Below are positions 14,001 to 25,633 of a stretch of DNA of 64,000 nucleotides, one piece after another. The stretch is from Squalus acanthias (lineage: Eukaryota), in the NCBI GenBank assembly GCA_030390025.1, contig JASTWF010000033.1:2296001-2360000 (forward strand), given 5' to 3'. Under the pieces are notes generated by a model. The model was given only the letters and a program-made list of their open reading frames with translations, was not told the DNA's origin and did not search any database. Within the stretch, counting starts at the first letter, position 1. Each line of letters starts with the position of its first letter. A program made the position numbers and the translations under genes.

Positions 14001-17000
14001 CCCAATCCAATAATGGTATCTGTCCATTCACTTTCCCAATCCATTGTTGGTATCTGACCATTCACCTTCACAATCCATTGATGGTATCTGTCCATTTACC
14101 TTCTGAATCCATTGTTGATATCTGACCATTCACTTTCACAATCCATTGATGGTATCTGACCATTCACCTTCAGAATCCATTGTTGGTATCTGTCCATTCA
14201 GCTTCTCAATCCATTGATGGTATCCGTTCATTTACTTTCCTAATCCAATGATAGAATCTGTCCTTTTACTTTCTCAATCCATTAATGATATCTGTCCATT
14301 AACCTTGCCAATCCAATGATGGTTTCTATCCATTCACTTTCTCAATCCATTGATGGTAACTGTCCATTCACTTTCCCAATCCATTGATGGTATCTGTCCA
14401 TTCACTTTCTCAATCCATTGATGTTATCTGTCCATTCACTTTCCCAATCCAATGATGGTATCTGTCCATTCACTTTCCCAATCCAATGATGTTATCCGTC
14501 CATTCACTTTCCCAATCCATTGATGGTATCTGTTCATTCACTTTCTGCATCCATTGATGAAATCTGTCCATTCAATTTCCCAATCCATTGATGGTATCTG
14601 CCCATTCACTTTCCCATTCGATTGATGGTATCTGTCCATTCACTTTCCCAATCCATTGTTGGTATCTGTCCATTTACTTTCGGAATCCATTGACGGTATC
14701 TTTCCATTCACTTTCTCAATCCAATGATGGTACGGTCATTCACTTTCCCAATCCATTGATGGTACCTGTCCATTTACTTTCTCAATCCAATGATGGTATC
14801 TGTCCATTCAATTTCCAAAACCAAAGGTGGTATTTGTCGATTCACTTTCCCAATCCATTGATGGTATCTGTCCATTCACTTTCTCAATCCATTGATGGTA
14901 TCTGTCAATTCACTTTCCCAATCCAATGATAGTATCTGTCCATTCACTTTCCCAATCCATTGATTGTATCTGTCCATTCACTTTCCCAATCCATTGATGG
15001 TATCTGTCCATTCACTTTCAAAATCCATTGATGGTATCTGATCATTCACTTTCCCAATCCATTGATGGTATCTGTCCATTCACTTTCAAAATCCATTGAT
15101 GGTATCTGTCCATTCACTTTCACAATCCATTGATGGTATCTGTCCATTCACTTTCACAATCCATTGATGGTATCTGTCCATTCACTTTCCCAATCCATTA
15201 TTGGTATCTGTCCATTCAATTTCCCAATCCATTATTGGTATCTGTCCATTTACTTTCTCAATCCATTGATGGTATATGTCCATTCACTTTCCCAATCCAT
15301 TATTGGTATCTGTCCATTCAATTTCCCAATCCATTGATGGTACCTGTCCATTTACTTTCTCAATCCAATGATGGTATCTGTCCATTCAATTTCCAAAACC
15401 AAAGGTGGTATTTGTCGATTCACTTTCCCAATCCATTGATGGTATCTGTCCATTCACTTTCCCAATCCATTGATGGTATCTGTCCATTCACTTTCTCAAT
15501 CCATTGGTGGTATTAGTCCGTTCACTTTCCCAATCCAATAATGGTATCTGTCCATTCACTTTCCCAATCCATTGTTGGTATCTGACCATTCACCTTCACA
15601 ATCCATTGATGGTATCTGTCCATTTACCTTCTGAATCCATTGTTGATATCTGACCATTCACTTTCACAATCCATTGATGGTATCTGACCATTCACCTTCA
15701 GAATCCATTGTTGGTATCTGTCCATTCAGCTTCTCAATCCATTGATGGTATCCGTTCATTTACTTTCCTAATCCAATGATAGAATCTGTCCTTTTACTTT
15801 CTCAATCCATTAATGATATCTGTCCATTAACCTTGCCAATCCAATGATGGTTTCTATCCATTCACTTTCTCAATCCATTGATGGTAACTGTCCATTCACT
15901 TTCCCAATCCATTGATGGTATCTGTCCATTCACTTTCTCAATCCATTGATGTTATCTGTCCATTCACTTTCCCAATCCAATGATGGTATCTGTCCATTCA
16001 CTTTCCCAATCCAATGATGTTATCCGTCCATTCACTTTCCCAATCCATTGATGGTATCTGTTCATTCACTTTCTGCATCCATTGATGAAATCTGTCCATT
16101 CAATTTCCCAATCCATTGATGGTATCTGCCCATTCACTTTCCCATTCGATTGATGGTATCTGTCCATTCACTTTCCCAATCCATTGTTGGTATCTGTCCA
16201 TTTACTTTCGGAATCCATTGACGGTATCTTTCCATTCACTTTCTCAATCCAATGATGGTACGGTCATTCACTTTCCCAATCCATTGATGGTACCTGTCCA
16301 TTTACTTTCTCAATCCAATGATGGTATCTGTCCATTCAATTTCCAAAACCAAAGGTGGTATTTGTCGATTCACTTTCCCAATCCATTGATGGTATCTGTC
16401 CATTCACTTTCTCAATCCATTGATGGTATCTGTCAATTCACTTTCCCAATCCAATGATAGTATCTGTCCATTCACTTTCCCAATCCATTGATTGTATCTG
16501 TCCATTCACTTTCCCAATCCATTGATGGTATCTGTCCATTCACTTTCAAAATCCATTGATGGTATCTGATCATTCACTTTCCCAATCCATTGATGGTATC
16601 TGTCCATTCACTTTCAAAATCCATTGATGGTATCTGTCCATTCACTTTCACAATCCATTGATGGTATCTGTCCATTCACTTTCACAATCCATTGATGGTA
16701 TCTGTCCATTCACTTTCCCAATCCATTATTGGTATCTGTCCATTCAATTTCCCAATCCATTATTGGTATCTGTCCATTTACTTTCTCAATCCATTGATGG
16801 TATATGTCCATTCACTTTCCCAATCCATTATTGGTATCTGTCCATTCAATTTCCCAATCCATTGATGGTACCTGTCCATTTACTTTCTCAATCCAATGAT
16901 GGTATCTGTCCATTCAATTTCCAAAACCAAAGGTGGTATTTGTCGATTCACTTTCCCAATCCATTGATGGTATCTGTCCATTCACTTTCTCAATCCATTG

Positions 17001-20000
17001 ATGGCATCTGTCAATTCACCTTCTCAATACATTGATGGTATCTATCCATTCACTTTCCCAATCCAATGATGGTATCTGTCCATTCACTTTCCCAATCCAT
17101 TGATGGTATCTGTCCATTCACTTTCAAAATCCATTGATGGTATCTGTACATTCACTCTCCCAATCCGTTGATGGTATCTGTCCATTCACTTTCAAAATCC
17201 ATTGATGGTATCTGTCCATTCACTTTCACAATCCATTGATGGTATCTGTCTATTCACTTTCACAATCCATTGATGGTATCTGTCCATTCACTTTCCCAAT
17301 CCATTATTGGTATCTGTCAATTCAATTTCCCAATCCATTGATGGTATCTGTCCATTCACTTTCCCAATGAATTATTGGTATCTGTCCATTCAATTTCCCA
17401 ATCCATTATTGGTATCTGTCCATTCAATTTCCCAATCCATTGATAGTATCTGTCCATTCACTTTCTCAATCCATTATTGGTATCTGTCCATTCAATGTCC
17501 CAATCCATTGATGGTATCTGTCAATTCACTTTCTCAATACATTGATGGTATCTATCCATTCACTTTCCCAATCCAATGATGGTTTCTGTCCATTCACTTT
17601 CCCAATCCATTGATGGTATCTGTCCATTCACTTTCCCAATCCATTGATGGTATCTGTCCATTCACTTTCAAAATCCATTGATGGTATCTGTCCATTCACT
17701 TTCACAATCCATTGATGGTATCTGTCCATTCACTTTCACAATCCATTGATGGTATCTGTCCATTCACTTTCCCAATCCATTATTGGTATCTGTCAATTCA
17801 ATTTCCCAATCCATTATTGGTATCTGTCCATTTATTTTCCCAATCCATTGATGGTATCTGTCCATTCACTTTCCCAATCCATTATTGGTATCTGTCCATT
17901 CAGTTTCCCAATCCATTATTGGTATCTGTCCATTCAATTTCCCAATCCATTGATGGTATCTGTCCATTTACTTTCTCAATCCATTGATGGTATCTGTCCA
18001 TTCACTTTCCCAATCCATTATTGGTATCTGTCCATTCAATTTCCCAATGCATTATTGGTATCTGTCCATTCACTTTCACAATCCATTGATGGTATCTGTC
18101 CATTCACATTCTCAATCCATTGATGGTATCTGTCCATTCACTTTCCCAATCCATTTATGGTATCTGTTCATTCACTATCCCAATCCATTGATGGTATCTG
18201 TCCATTCACTTTCCCAATCTATTGAGAGTATCTGTCCATTCACTTTCCCAATCCAGTGATGGTATCTGGCCGTTCACTTTCTCAATCCAATGATGGTATC
18301 TGTCCATTTACCTTTCAAATCCATTACTGGTATCTGTACATTCACATTCCCAATCCATTGATGGTATCTGTCCATTCACTTTCAAAATCCATTGATGGTA
18401 TCCGTCCATTCACTTTCCCAATCCAATGATGGTATCTGTCCATTCACTTTCCCAATCCATTGATGGTAACTGTCCATTCACTTTGCCAATCCAAGGATGG
18501 TATCTGTCCATTCACATTTTCAATCCATTGATGGTATCTGTCCATTCACTTTGCCAATCCAATTATGGTATCTTTCCATTCACTTTCCCAATCCATTGAT
18601 GCTAACTGTCCATTGACTTTGCCAATATAATGGTGGTATCTGTCCATTCACTTTCTCAATCCATTGGTGGTATTAGTCCGTTCACTTTCCCAATCCAATA
18701 ATGGTATCTGTCCATTCACTTTCCCAATCCATTGTTGGTATCTGACCATTCACCTTCACAATCCATTGATGGTATCAGTCCATTTACCCTCTGAATCCAT
18801 TGTTGATATCTGACCATTCACTTTCACAATCCATTGAAGCTATCTGACCATTCACCTTCAGAATCCATTGTTGGTATCTGTCCATTCAGCTTCTCAATCC
18901 ATTGATGGTATCCGTTCATTTACTTTCCCAATCCAATGATAGTATCTGTCCTTTTACTTTCTCAATCCATTAATGATATCTGTCCATTAACCTTCCCAAT
19001 CCAATGATGGTTTCTATCCATTCACTTTCTCAATCCATTGATGGTAACTGTCCATTCACTTTCCCAATCCATTGATGGCATCTGTCCATTCACTTTCTCA
19101 ATCCATTGATGGTAGCTGTCCATTCACTTTTCCAATCCATTGAAGGTATCTTTCCATTCACTTTCTCTTTCCATTGATGGTATCTGTTCATTCACTTTCC
19201 AAATCCATTGATGGTATCTGTTCATTCATGTTCCAAATCCATTGAAGTTATCTGTCCATTCAGTTTCTCAATCCAATGATGGCATCTGTCCATTCTCGTT
19301 TCTAATCCAATGCTTGTATCTGTCCATTCACTTTGCCAATCCATTGATGGTAGCTGTACATTTACCTTCCCAATCCATTGATGGTATCTGTTCATTCACT
19401 ATCCCTATCCAATGATGTTATCTTTCCATTCACTATCCCAATCCATTAAAGGTAACTGTCCATTCACTCTCTCAATCCATTGATGGGATCTGTCCATTCA
19501 CTTTCTCAATCCATTCATGGTAGGTGTCCATTCACTTTACCAATCCATTTATGGTATCTGTCCATTCACTTTCCCAATCCATTGAAGGTATCGGTCCATT
19601 TACTTTCCCAACCTACTGATGGTATCTGACCATTCACTTTACCAATCCATTGATGGTAACTCTCCATTCACATTCCCAATCCATTGATGGTATCTGTCCA
19701 TTTACTATCCCAAATCAATGATGGCATCTGTCCATTCACTTTGCCAATCCATTGATGGTATCTGACATTCACTTTACCAATCCATTGATGCTATCTGTCC
19801 ATTCACTTTCTCAATCCATTGATGGTATCTGTTCATTCACTTTCTCAATCCATTGATGGTATCTGCCCATTCACTTTCTCAATCCATTGATGGTATCTGT
19901 CCATTCACTTTCTCAATCCATTGATGGTATCTTTCCATCCACTTTCTCAATCCATTGATGGTATCTGTCCATTCACTTTCCCAATCCATTGATGGTATTT

Positions 20001-20321
20001 GCCCATTCACTTTCTCAATCCATTGATGGTAACTGCCCATTCACTTTCTCAATCCATTGATGGTAACTGCCCATTCACTTTCTCAATCCATTGATAGTAT
20101 CTGTCCATCCACTTTCTCAATCCATTGATGGTAACTGCCCATTCACTTTCTCAATCCATTGATGGTATCTGCCCATTCACTTTCTCAATCCATTGATGGT
20201 ATCTGTCCATCCACTTTCCCAATCCATTGATGGTATCTGTTCATTCACTTTCTCAATCCATTGATGGTATCTGTCCATTCACTTTCTCAATCCATTGACG
20301 GTATCTGTCCATTCACTTTCT
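2056..20321. repeat. 34-bp satellite array (~18.3 kb, ~537 monomers) with higher-order repeats
   Basis: Continuous tandem copies of ATGGTATCTGTCCATTCACTTTCCCAATCCATTG. The consensus has no CpG and the plus strand is C/T-rich (23 of 34 nt). Diagnostic variant blocks recur at kb scale. Confidence 0.98.
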
Positions 20322-20483
20322 AGCTAGAGTTCACAAAAGGACTTTAATTGGCTGCAGTGCATCATTGCACCTTCTACAAATTCCGTTTCCTTGTCCGTAA
20401 TCCAGCCTGTGCAGCGCATTTCTCCCACAAATCCTCACACCGGCTTCACGTCAAAAATATTCTCCCTCTCACAAACGACATGC

Positions 20484-20872
20484 TCTTTAGCAGTGGCGTC
20501 AGCTGTGACAACTGCCGTTCCCCAAATATCTGTATTGGATCTTCAACTTTTCACCGTATTTATGATTGACTTGGATGGAGCAATTGAGCGCTGTAGATGG
20601 AAGTTTGAAGATTGCCCGAAGTTAGAAGGTCCGGTCGTGGTGCAAATGGGAACGGGAGCAAACCAAAGGGACAGAGACAGATGAAGTAAGCCGGCAAAAC
20701 AATGGCAAATCGAGTTCACTGTGCGCAAGTGTGACACCATCCACCTTGCAACATTATAAGATAGTTCGGAGTATTTTCTAAATAATGGGAGGCTATTAAC
20801 TGTTGAGGAGCAAAGGTTGTTTATGAGTCCCAGTTCACAAATCATTATTAGCCAGTAGACATGCAGCAAAAT
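20484..20872 (+). mobile_element. Decayed CR1 RT fragment A (representative; present in every unit)
   Basis: VTTAVPQISVLDLQLFTVFMIDLDGAIERCRWKFEDCPKLEG...QRDRDR*SKPAKQWQIEFTVRKC corresponds to CR1 VTSGVPQGSVLGPxLFxIFINDLDxGIE...KFADDTKLGG...QRDLDRLxxWAxxWQMxFNxxKC. The catalytic FADD is lost and stops are present. Confidence 0.85.
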
Positions 20873-20874
20873 AC

Positions 20875-21958
20875 AATTTCATTGTCCTGGTTAGGAAATT
20901 GGTTGCGCGACAGGAAACACAGTTTACGGATAATGATCTGTTACTTTATTTGGCAGGATATGACGAGTGGTGTCCCTGAGGGATCTCTTATGTGGCCTCA
21001 TCTATTCACCGATTTTATTAACGACTTACTTGATAGGATTGAGAGCCACACATTCAAGTTTAACGATGACAAAATAGATAGGCGGCATTATAAGCAGTTT
21101 AGGTGGAAGCAAGAAATTTGCCCAGATATTGATAGATTAAGTGAATGGGCAAATCTGTGGCAAATTGATTTAAATATTCGCAAGTGTGATGTCATCCACC
21201 TCGGATCCAAGAAGTGGCGTTCAGAATACACTCTGTATAATGTTAAGATGGAAGCAGTTGAGATCCAAATAGACTTAAGGGTCCATGTAGATATATCATT
21301 AAACGGCCATGGACAGGTACAGAAAAGAATCAAACAGGCTAATTGAAAGGTGATACTTATATCTATAGGATGACAATATAAGGGGGATAAATTATGCCAC
21401 AGCTATACAATGCACTGGTTAGACCACACCTGGAGTACTGTCTACAGTTCTGGGCATCAAACATTAGGAAGGTAATATTAGGCTTAAAAAGTGAAGCATA
21501 GATTTACCAGAATGATTCACAGAGTCCAAGGGACAAATTAGAATGGGAGATTGCACAAACTAGGGATATATTCCCTGGAATTTAGATGCTTAAGGGGCGA
21601 TTTGATTGAAGTATTCACGATATTAAGTGGAACAGATAGTGTCGATAGAGCGAAGGTATTTCGATGATAGGCCCGACTAGGAGTACGGTACACAGATACA
21701 ACATTAGATCCAACCATATCTGGAGAGAAGTTAGGAAAGGCTTCGACATGGAATGGGTGGCAGAAACTTGTAAAGCACTTCCGCAAACAGCAGTTAAAGC
21801 TGGGTCAATTGTCAATGTTATCTTGAGATTGATAGATGTTTGTTAACCAAAGATAGAAAGGGTTCTGGAGCAAAGGGATGCAAACGGAGCTCGATCACAT
21901 CTCTAATTGAAAGGCAGAAAGGTTGGAGCGGTTAAAAGGCCTAGTCCTGTTGTTATTC
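20875..21958 (+). mobile_element. Decayed 5'-truncated CR1 LINE B: RT core, C-terminus and 3' UTR (representative; present in every unit)
   Basis: WLGNWLRDRKH...WQDMTSGVPEGSLMWPHLFTDFINDL...KFNDD; DIDRLSEWANLWQIDLNIRKCDVIHLG; LYNALVRPHLEYCLQFW; LRGDLIEVFTIL. It then has a CR1-type 3' end, AATTGAA.GGCAGAAAGG...AAAAGGCCTAGTCCTGTT. Multiple frameshifts and stops. Confidence 0.92.
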
Positions 21959-22015
21959 TCATTGCTGAAGGATAAGAGCACGAATGTAGAAATGATTATC
22001 GTGATTTAAAAACAG

Positions 22016-22088
22016 CGCCCGAACAGGGACTTGAACCCTGGACCCTCAGATTAAAAGTCTGATGCTCTACCGACTGAACTATCCGGGC
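22016..22088 (-). tRNA. tRNA-Lys(UUU), copy 1, C11U variant
   Basis: Reverse complement GCCCGGATAGTTCAGTCGGTAGAGCATCAGACTTTTAATCTGAGGGTCCAGGGTTCAAGTCCCTGTTCGGGCG. One change from the other copies, at 22078. Confidence 0.95.
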
Positions 22089-23786
22089 ACTTGCTGACTC
22101 AATCTCACAAAAGGACTTTCATTGGCTGCAGTGACTCATTGCACCTTCGACAAATTCCATTTTCTTGTCCATAATCCAGCCTGTGTCGCTCATTTCTCCC
22201 ACAAATCCAGTTTAACTGCCTCAAACCGGCTTCACGCCAGAAATATTCTCCCTCTCACAAGCGACATGCTCTTTAGCAGTGGCGTCAAATGTGACAACTG
22301 CCGTCCCTCAAATATCTGTATTGGATCTTCAACTTTTCACCGTATTTACGATTGACTCGGATGGAGCAATTGAGCGATGTAGATCCAAGTTTGAAGATCG
22401 CACTAAGTTAGAAGGTCCGGTCGTAGTGCAACTGGGAACGGGAGCAAATCAAAGGGACAGAGACAGACGGAGTAAGTCGGCAAAACAAAAGGCAAATCGA
22501 GTTCACTGTGCCCAAGTGTGACTGCATCCACCTTGCAACATTATGAGATAGTTCGGAGTATTTTCTAAATAATTGGAGCCAATTAACTGTTGAGGTGTAA
22601 AGAAGTTTATGAGCCCCAGTTCACAAATCATTAGTAGCTGGCAGACATGGAGCAAAATACAGTTTATTGTCCTCGTTAGGAAATTGTTTGCGCGACAGGA
22701 GACGCAGTTTACGGATAATGATCTGTTACTTTATTTGGCAGGATATGACGAGTGCTGTCCGTGAGGGATCTCTTATGTGGCCTCATCTATTCACCGATTT
22801 TATTAACGACTTACTTGATGGGATTGAGAGCCAAACATTCAAGTTTAATGATGACAAAATAGATAGGCGGCATTATAAGCAGTACAGGTGGAAGCAAGAA
22901 ATTTGCCCAGATATTCATCGATTATGTGAATGGGCAAATCTGTGGCAAATTGATTTAAATATTAGCGAAGTGTGATGTCATCCACTTCGGAAATAAAAAG
23001 GGGCTTTTAGAATACACTCTATACAATGTTAAGCTGGAAACAGTTGAGATCCAAATAGACTTAAGGGTCCATGTACATATATCATTTAATGGTAATGGAC
23101 AGGTACAGAAAAGAATCAAAAAGGCTGAATGAAAGGTGATACTTATATCTATAGGATGACAATATAAGGGGGAGAAATTATGCAACAGCCATACAAAGCA
23201 CTGGTTAGACCACACCTGGAGTACTGTGTGCAGTTCTGGGCATCACACCTTAGTATTAGGCTTAAAAAGTGAAGCGTAGATTTACCAGAATGATACACAG
23301 AGTCCAAGGGACAAATTACAATGGGAGATTGCACAAACTAGGGATATATTCCCTGGAATTTAAATGCTGACGTGGTGATTTGATTGAAGTATTCACGATA
23401 TTAGGTGGAACTGATAGTGTCGATAGAGCGAAGCTATTTCCGATGATTGGCGCGTCTCGGAGTACGGGAGACAGACTCAACATCAGTTCCAAGCCTTTCA
23501 GGAGAGAAGTTAGGAAAGGCTTCGACATGGAATGGGTGGCAGAAATTTGTAACACACTTCCGCAAACAGCATTTAAATCTGGGTCAATTGGCAATGTTAA
23601 ACTTGAGATTGACAGATATTGGTTAACCAAAGTATTAAGGAATCTGGAGCAAAGGGATGCAAACGGAGTTCGATCACAGATCCAATTGAACGGCAGAAAG
23701 GCTCGAGCGGTTGAAATGCCTTGTTCTGTTGTTATTCTCATTGCTGAAGGATCAGAGCACGAATGCAGAAATGAATATCGTCATTC

Positions 23787-23791
23787 AAAAA
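23787..23791 (-). terminator. Pol III T5 terminator (representative; follows every tRNA copy)
   Basis: The minus strand reads ...GGGCG-CTG-TTTTT: a 3-nt trailer followed by five T. Confidence 0.88.
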
Positions 23792-23794
23792 CAG

Positions 23795-23867
23795 CGCCCG
23801 AACAGGGACTTGAACCCTGGACCCTCAGATTAAAAGTCTGATGCTCTACCGACTGAGCTATCCGGGC
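23795..23867 (-). tRNA. tRNA-Lys(UUU), copy 2
   Basis: GCCCGGATAGCTCAGTCGGTAGAGCATCAGACTTTTAATCTGAGGGTCCAGGGTTCAAGTCCCTGTTCGGGCG. 73 nt, full cloverleaf, anticodon TTT, no intron, no encoded CCA. It is the same sequence as the conserved vertebrate tRNA-Lys3. Confidence 0.98.
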
Positions 23868-23870
23868 ACT

Positions 23871-23906
23871 TGCTGACTCAATCTCACAAAAGGACTTTCA
23901 TTGGCT
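23871..23906 (-). promoter_or_regulatory. Candidate upstream motifs of the tRNA gene: AP-1/MARE-like TGCTGACTCA and CCAAT box (representative)
   Basis: TGACTCA at -7..-13 (23874-23880) and AGCCAATGA on the tRNA strand with CCAAT at -37..-33. This is a motif match only. Confidence 0.3.
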
Positions 23907-25560
23907 GCAGTGCATCATTGCACCTTCGACAAATTCCATTTTCTTGTCCATAATCCAGCCTGTGCAGCTCATTTCTCCCACAAATCCAGTTTAACTGCCT
24001 CAAACCGGCTTCACGCCAGAAATATTCTCCCTCTCACAAGCGACATGCTCTTTAGCAGTGGCGTCAAATGTGACAACTGCCGTCCCTCAAATATCTGTAT
24101 TGGATCTTCAACTTTTCACCGTATTTACGATTGACTCGGATGGAGCAATTGAGCGATGTAGATCCAAGTTTGAAGATCGCACTAAGTTAGAAGGTCCGGT
24201 CGTAGTGCAACTGGGAACGGGAGCAAATCAAAGGGACAGAGACAGACGGAGTAAGTCGGCAAAACAAAAGGCAAATCGAGTTCACTGTGCCCAAGTGTGA
24301 CTGCATCCACCTTGCAACATTATGAGATAGTTCGGAGTATTTTCTAAATAATTGGAGCCAATTAACTGTTGAGGTGTAAAGAAGTTTATGAGCCCCAGTT
24401 CACAAATCATTAGTAGCTGGCAGACATGGAGCAAAATACAGTTTATTGTCCTGGTTAGGAAATTGTTTGCGCGACAGGAGACGCAGTTTACGGATAATGA
24501 TCTGTTACTTTATTTGGCAGGATATGACGAGTGCTGTCCGTGAGGGATCTCTTATGTGGCCTCATCTATTCACCGATTTTATTAACGACTTACTTGATGG
24601 GATTGAGAGCCAAACATTCAAGTTTAATGATGACAAAATAGATAGGCGGCATTATAAGCAGTACAGGTGGAAGCAAGAAATTTGCCCAGATATTCATCGA
24701 TTATGTGAATGGGCAAATCTGTGGCAAATTGATTTAAATATTAGCGAAGTGTGATATCATCCACTTCGGAAATAAAAAGGGGCTTTTAGAATACACTCTA
24801 TACAATGTTAAGCTGGAAACAGTTGAGATCCAAATAGACTTAAGGGTCCATGTACATATATCATTTAATGGTAATGGACAGGTACAGAAAAGAATCAAAA
24901 AGGCTGAATGAAAGGTGATACTTATATCTATAGGATGACAATATAAGGGGGAGAAATTATGCAACAGCCATACAAAGCACTGGTTAGACCACACCTGGAG
25001 TACTGTGTGCAGTTCTGGGCGTCACACCTTAGTATTAGGCTTAAAAAGTGAAGCGTAGATTTACCAGAATGATACACAGAGTCCAAGGGACAAATTACAA
25101 TGGGAGATTGCACAAACTAGGGATATATTCCCTGGAATTTAAATGCTGACGTGGTGATTTGATTGAAGTATTCAGGATATTAGGTGGAACTGATAGTGTC
25201 GATAGAGCGTAGCTATTTCCGATGATTGGCCCGCCTAGGAGTACGGGACACAGACTCAACATTAGTTCCAAGCCTTTCAGGAGAGAAGTTAGGAAAGGCT
25301 TCTACATGCAATGAGTGGCAGAAATTTGTAACACACTTCCGCAAACAGCATTTAAATCTGGGTCAATTGGCAATGTTAAACTTGAGATTGACAGATGTTG
25401 GTGAACCAAAGTATGAAGGAATCTGGAGCAAAGGGATGCAAACGGAGTTCGATCGCAGATCCAATTGAACGGCAGAAAGGCTCGAGCGGTTAAAATGCCT
25501 TGTTCTGTTGTTATTCTCATTGCTGAAGGATCAGAAATGAATATCGTCATTCAAAAACAG

Positions 25561-25633
25561 CGCCCGAACAGGGACTTGAACCCTGGACCCTCAGATTAAA
25601 AGTCTGATGCTCTACCGACTGAGCTATCCGGGC
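25561..25633 (-). tRNA. tRNA-Lys(UUU), copy 3
   Basis: Same 73-mer as copy 2, with T5 terminator. Confidence 0.98.

Noticed and set aside
2428..18259. Repetitive ORFs (MVSVHSLSQSIDGICPFTFPIH...)
   Set aside because: These are translations of the 34-bp satellite cycling through three frames. They stay open only where the ATTGAT stop happens to be mutated.
2056..20321. CRISPR-like repeat length (34 bp)
   Set aside because: There are no unique spacers and no cas genes, and the context is eukaryotic.
20484..22088. The unit as a tRNA-headed SINE or a tRNA-LINE retro-chimera
   Set aside because: The tRNA and LINE are on opposite strands, the tRNA has its own terminator, and there are no TSDs or per-unit tails. 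Head-to-tail units indicate DNA-level amplification.
23792..23809. Retroviral Lys3 primer-binding site (TGGCGCCCGAACAGGGAC)
   Set aside because: The sequence reads CAGCGCCC..., without the TGG complement of CCA. The whole 73-nt tRNA and a terminator are present and there is no adjacent LTR, so it is a gene.
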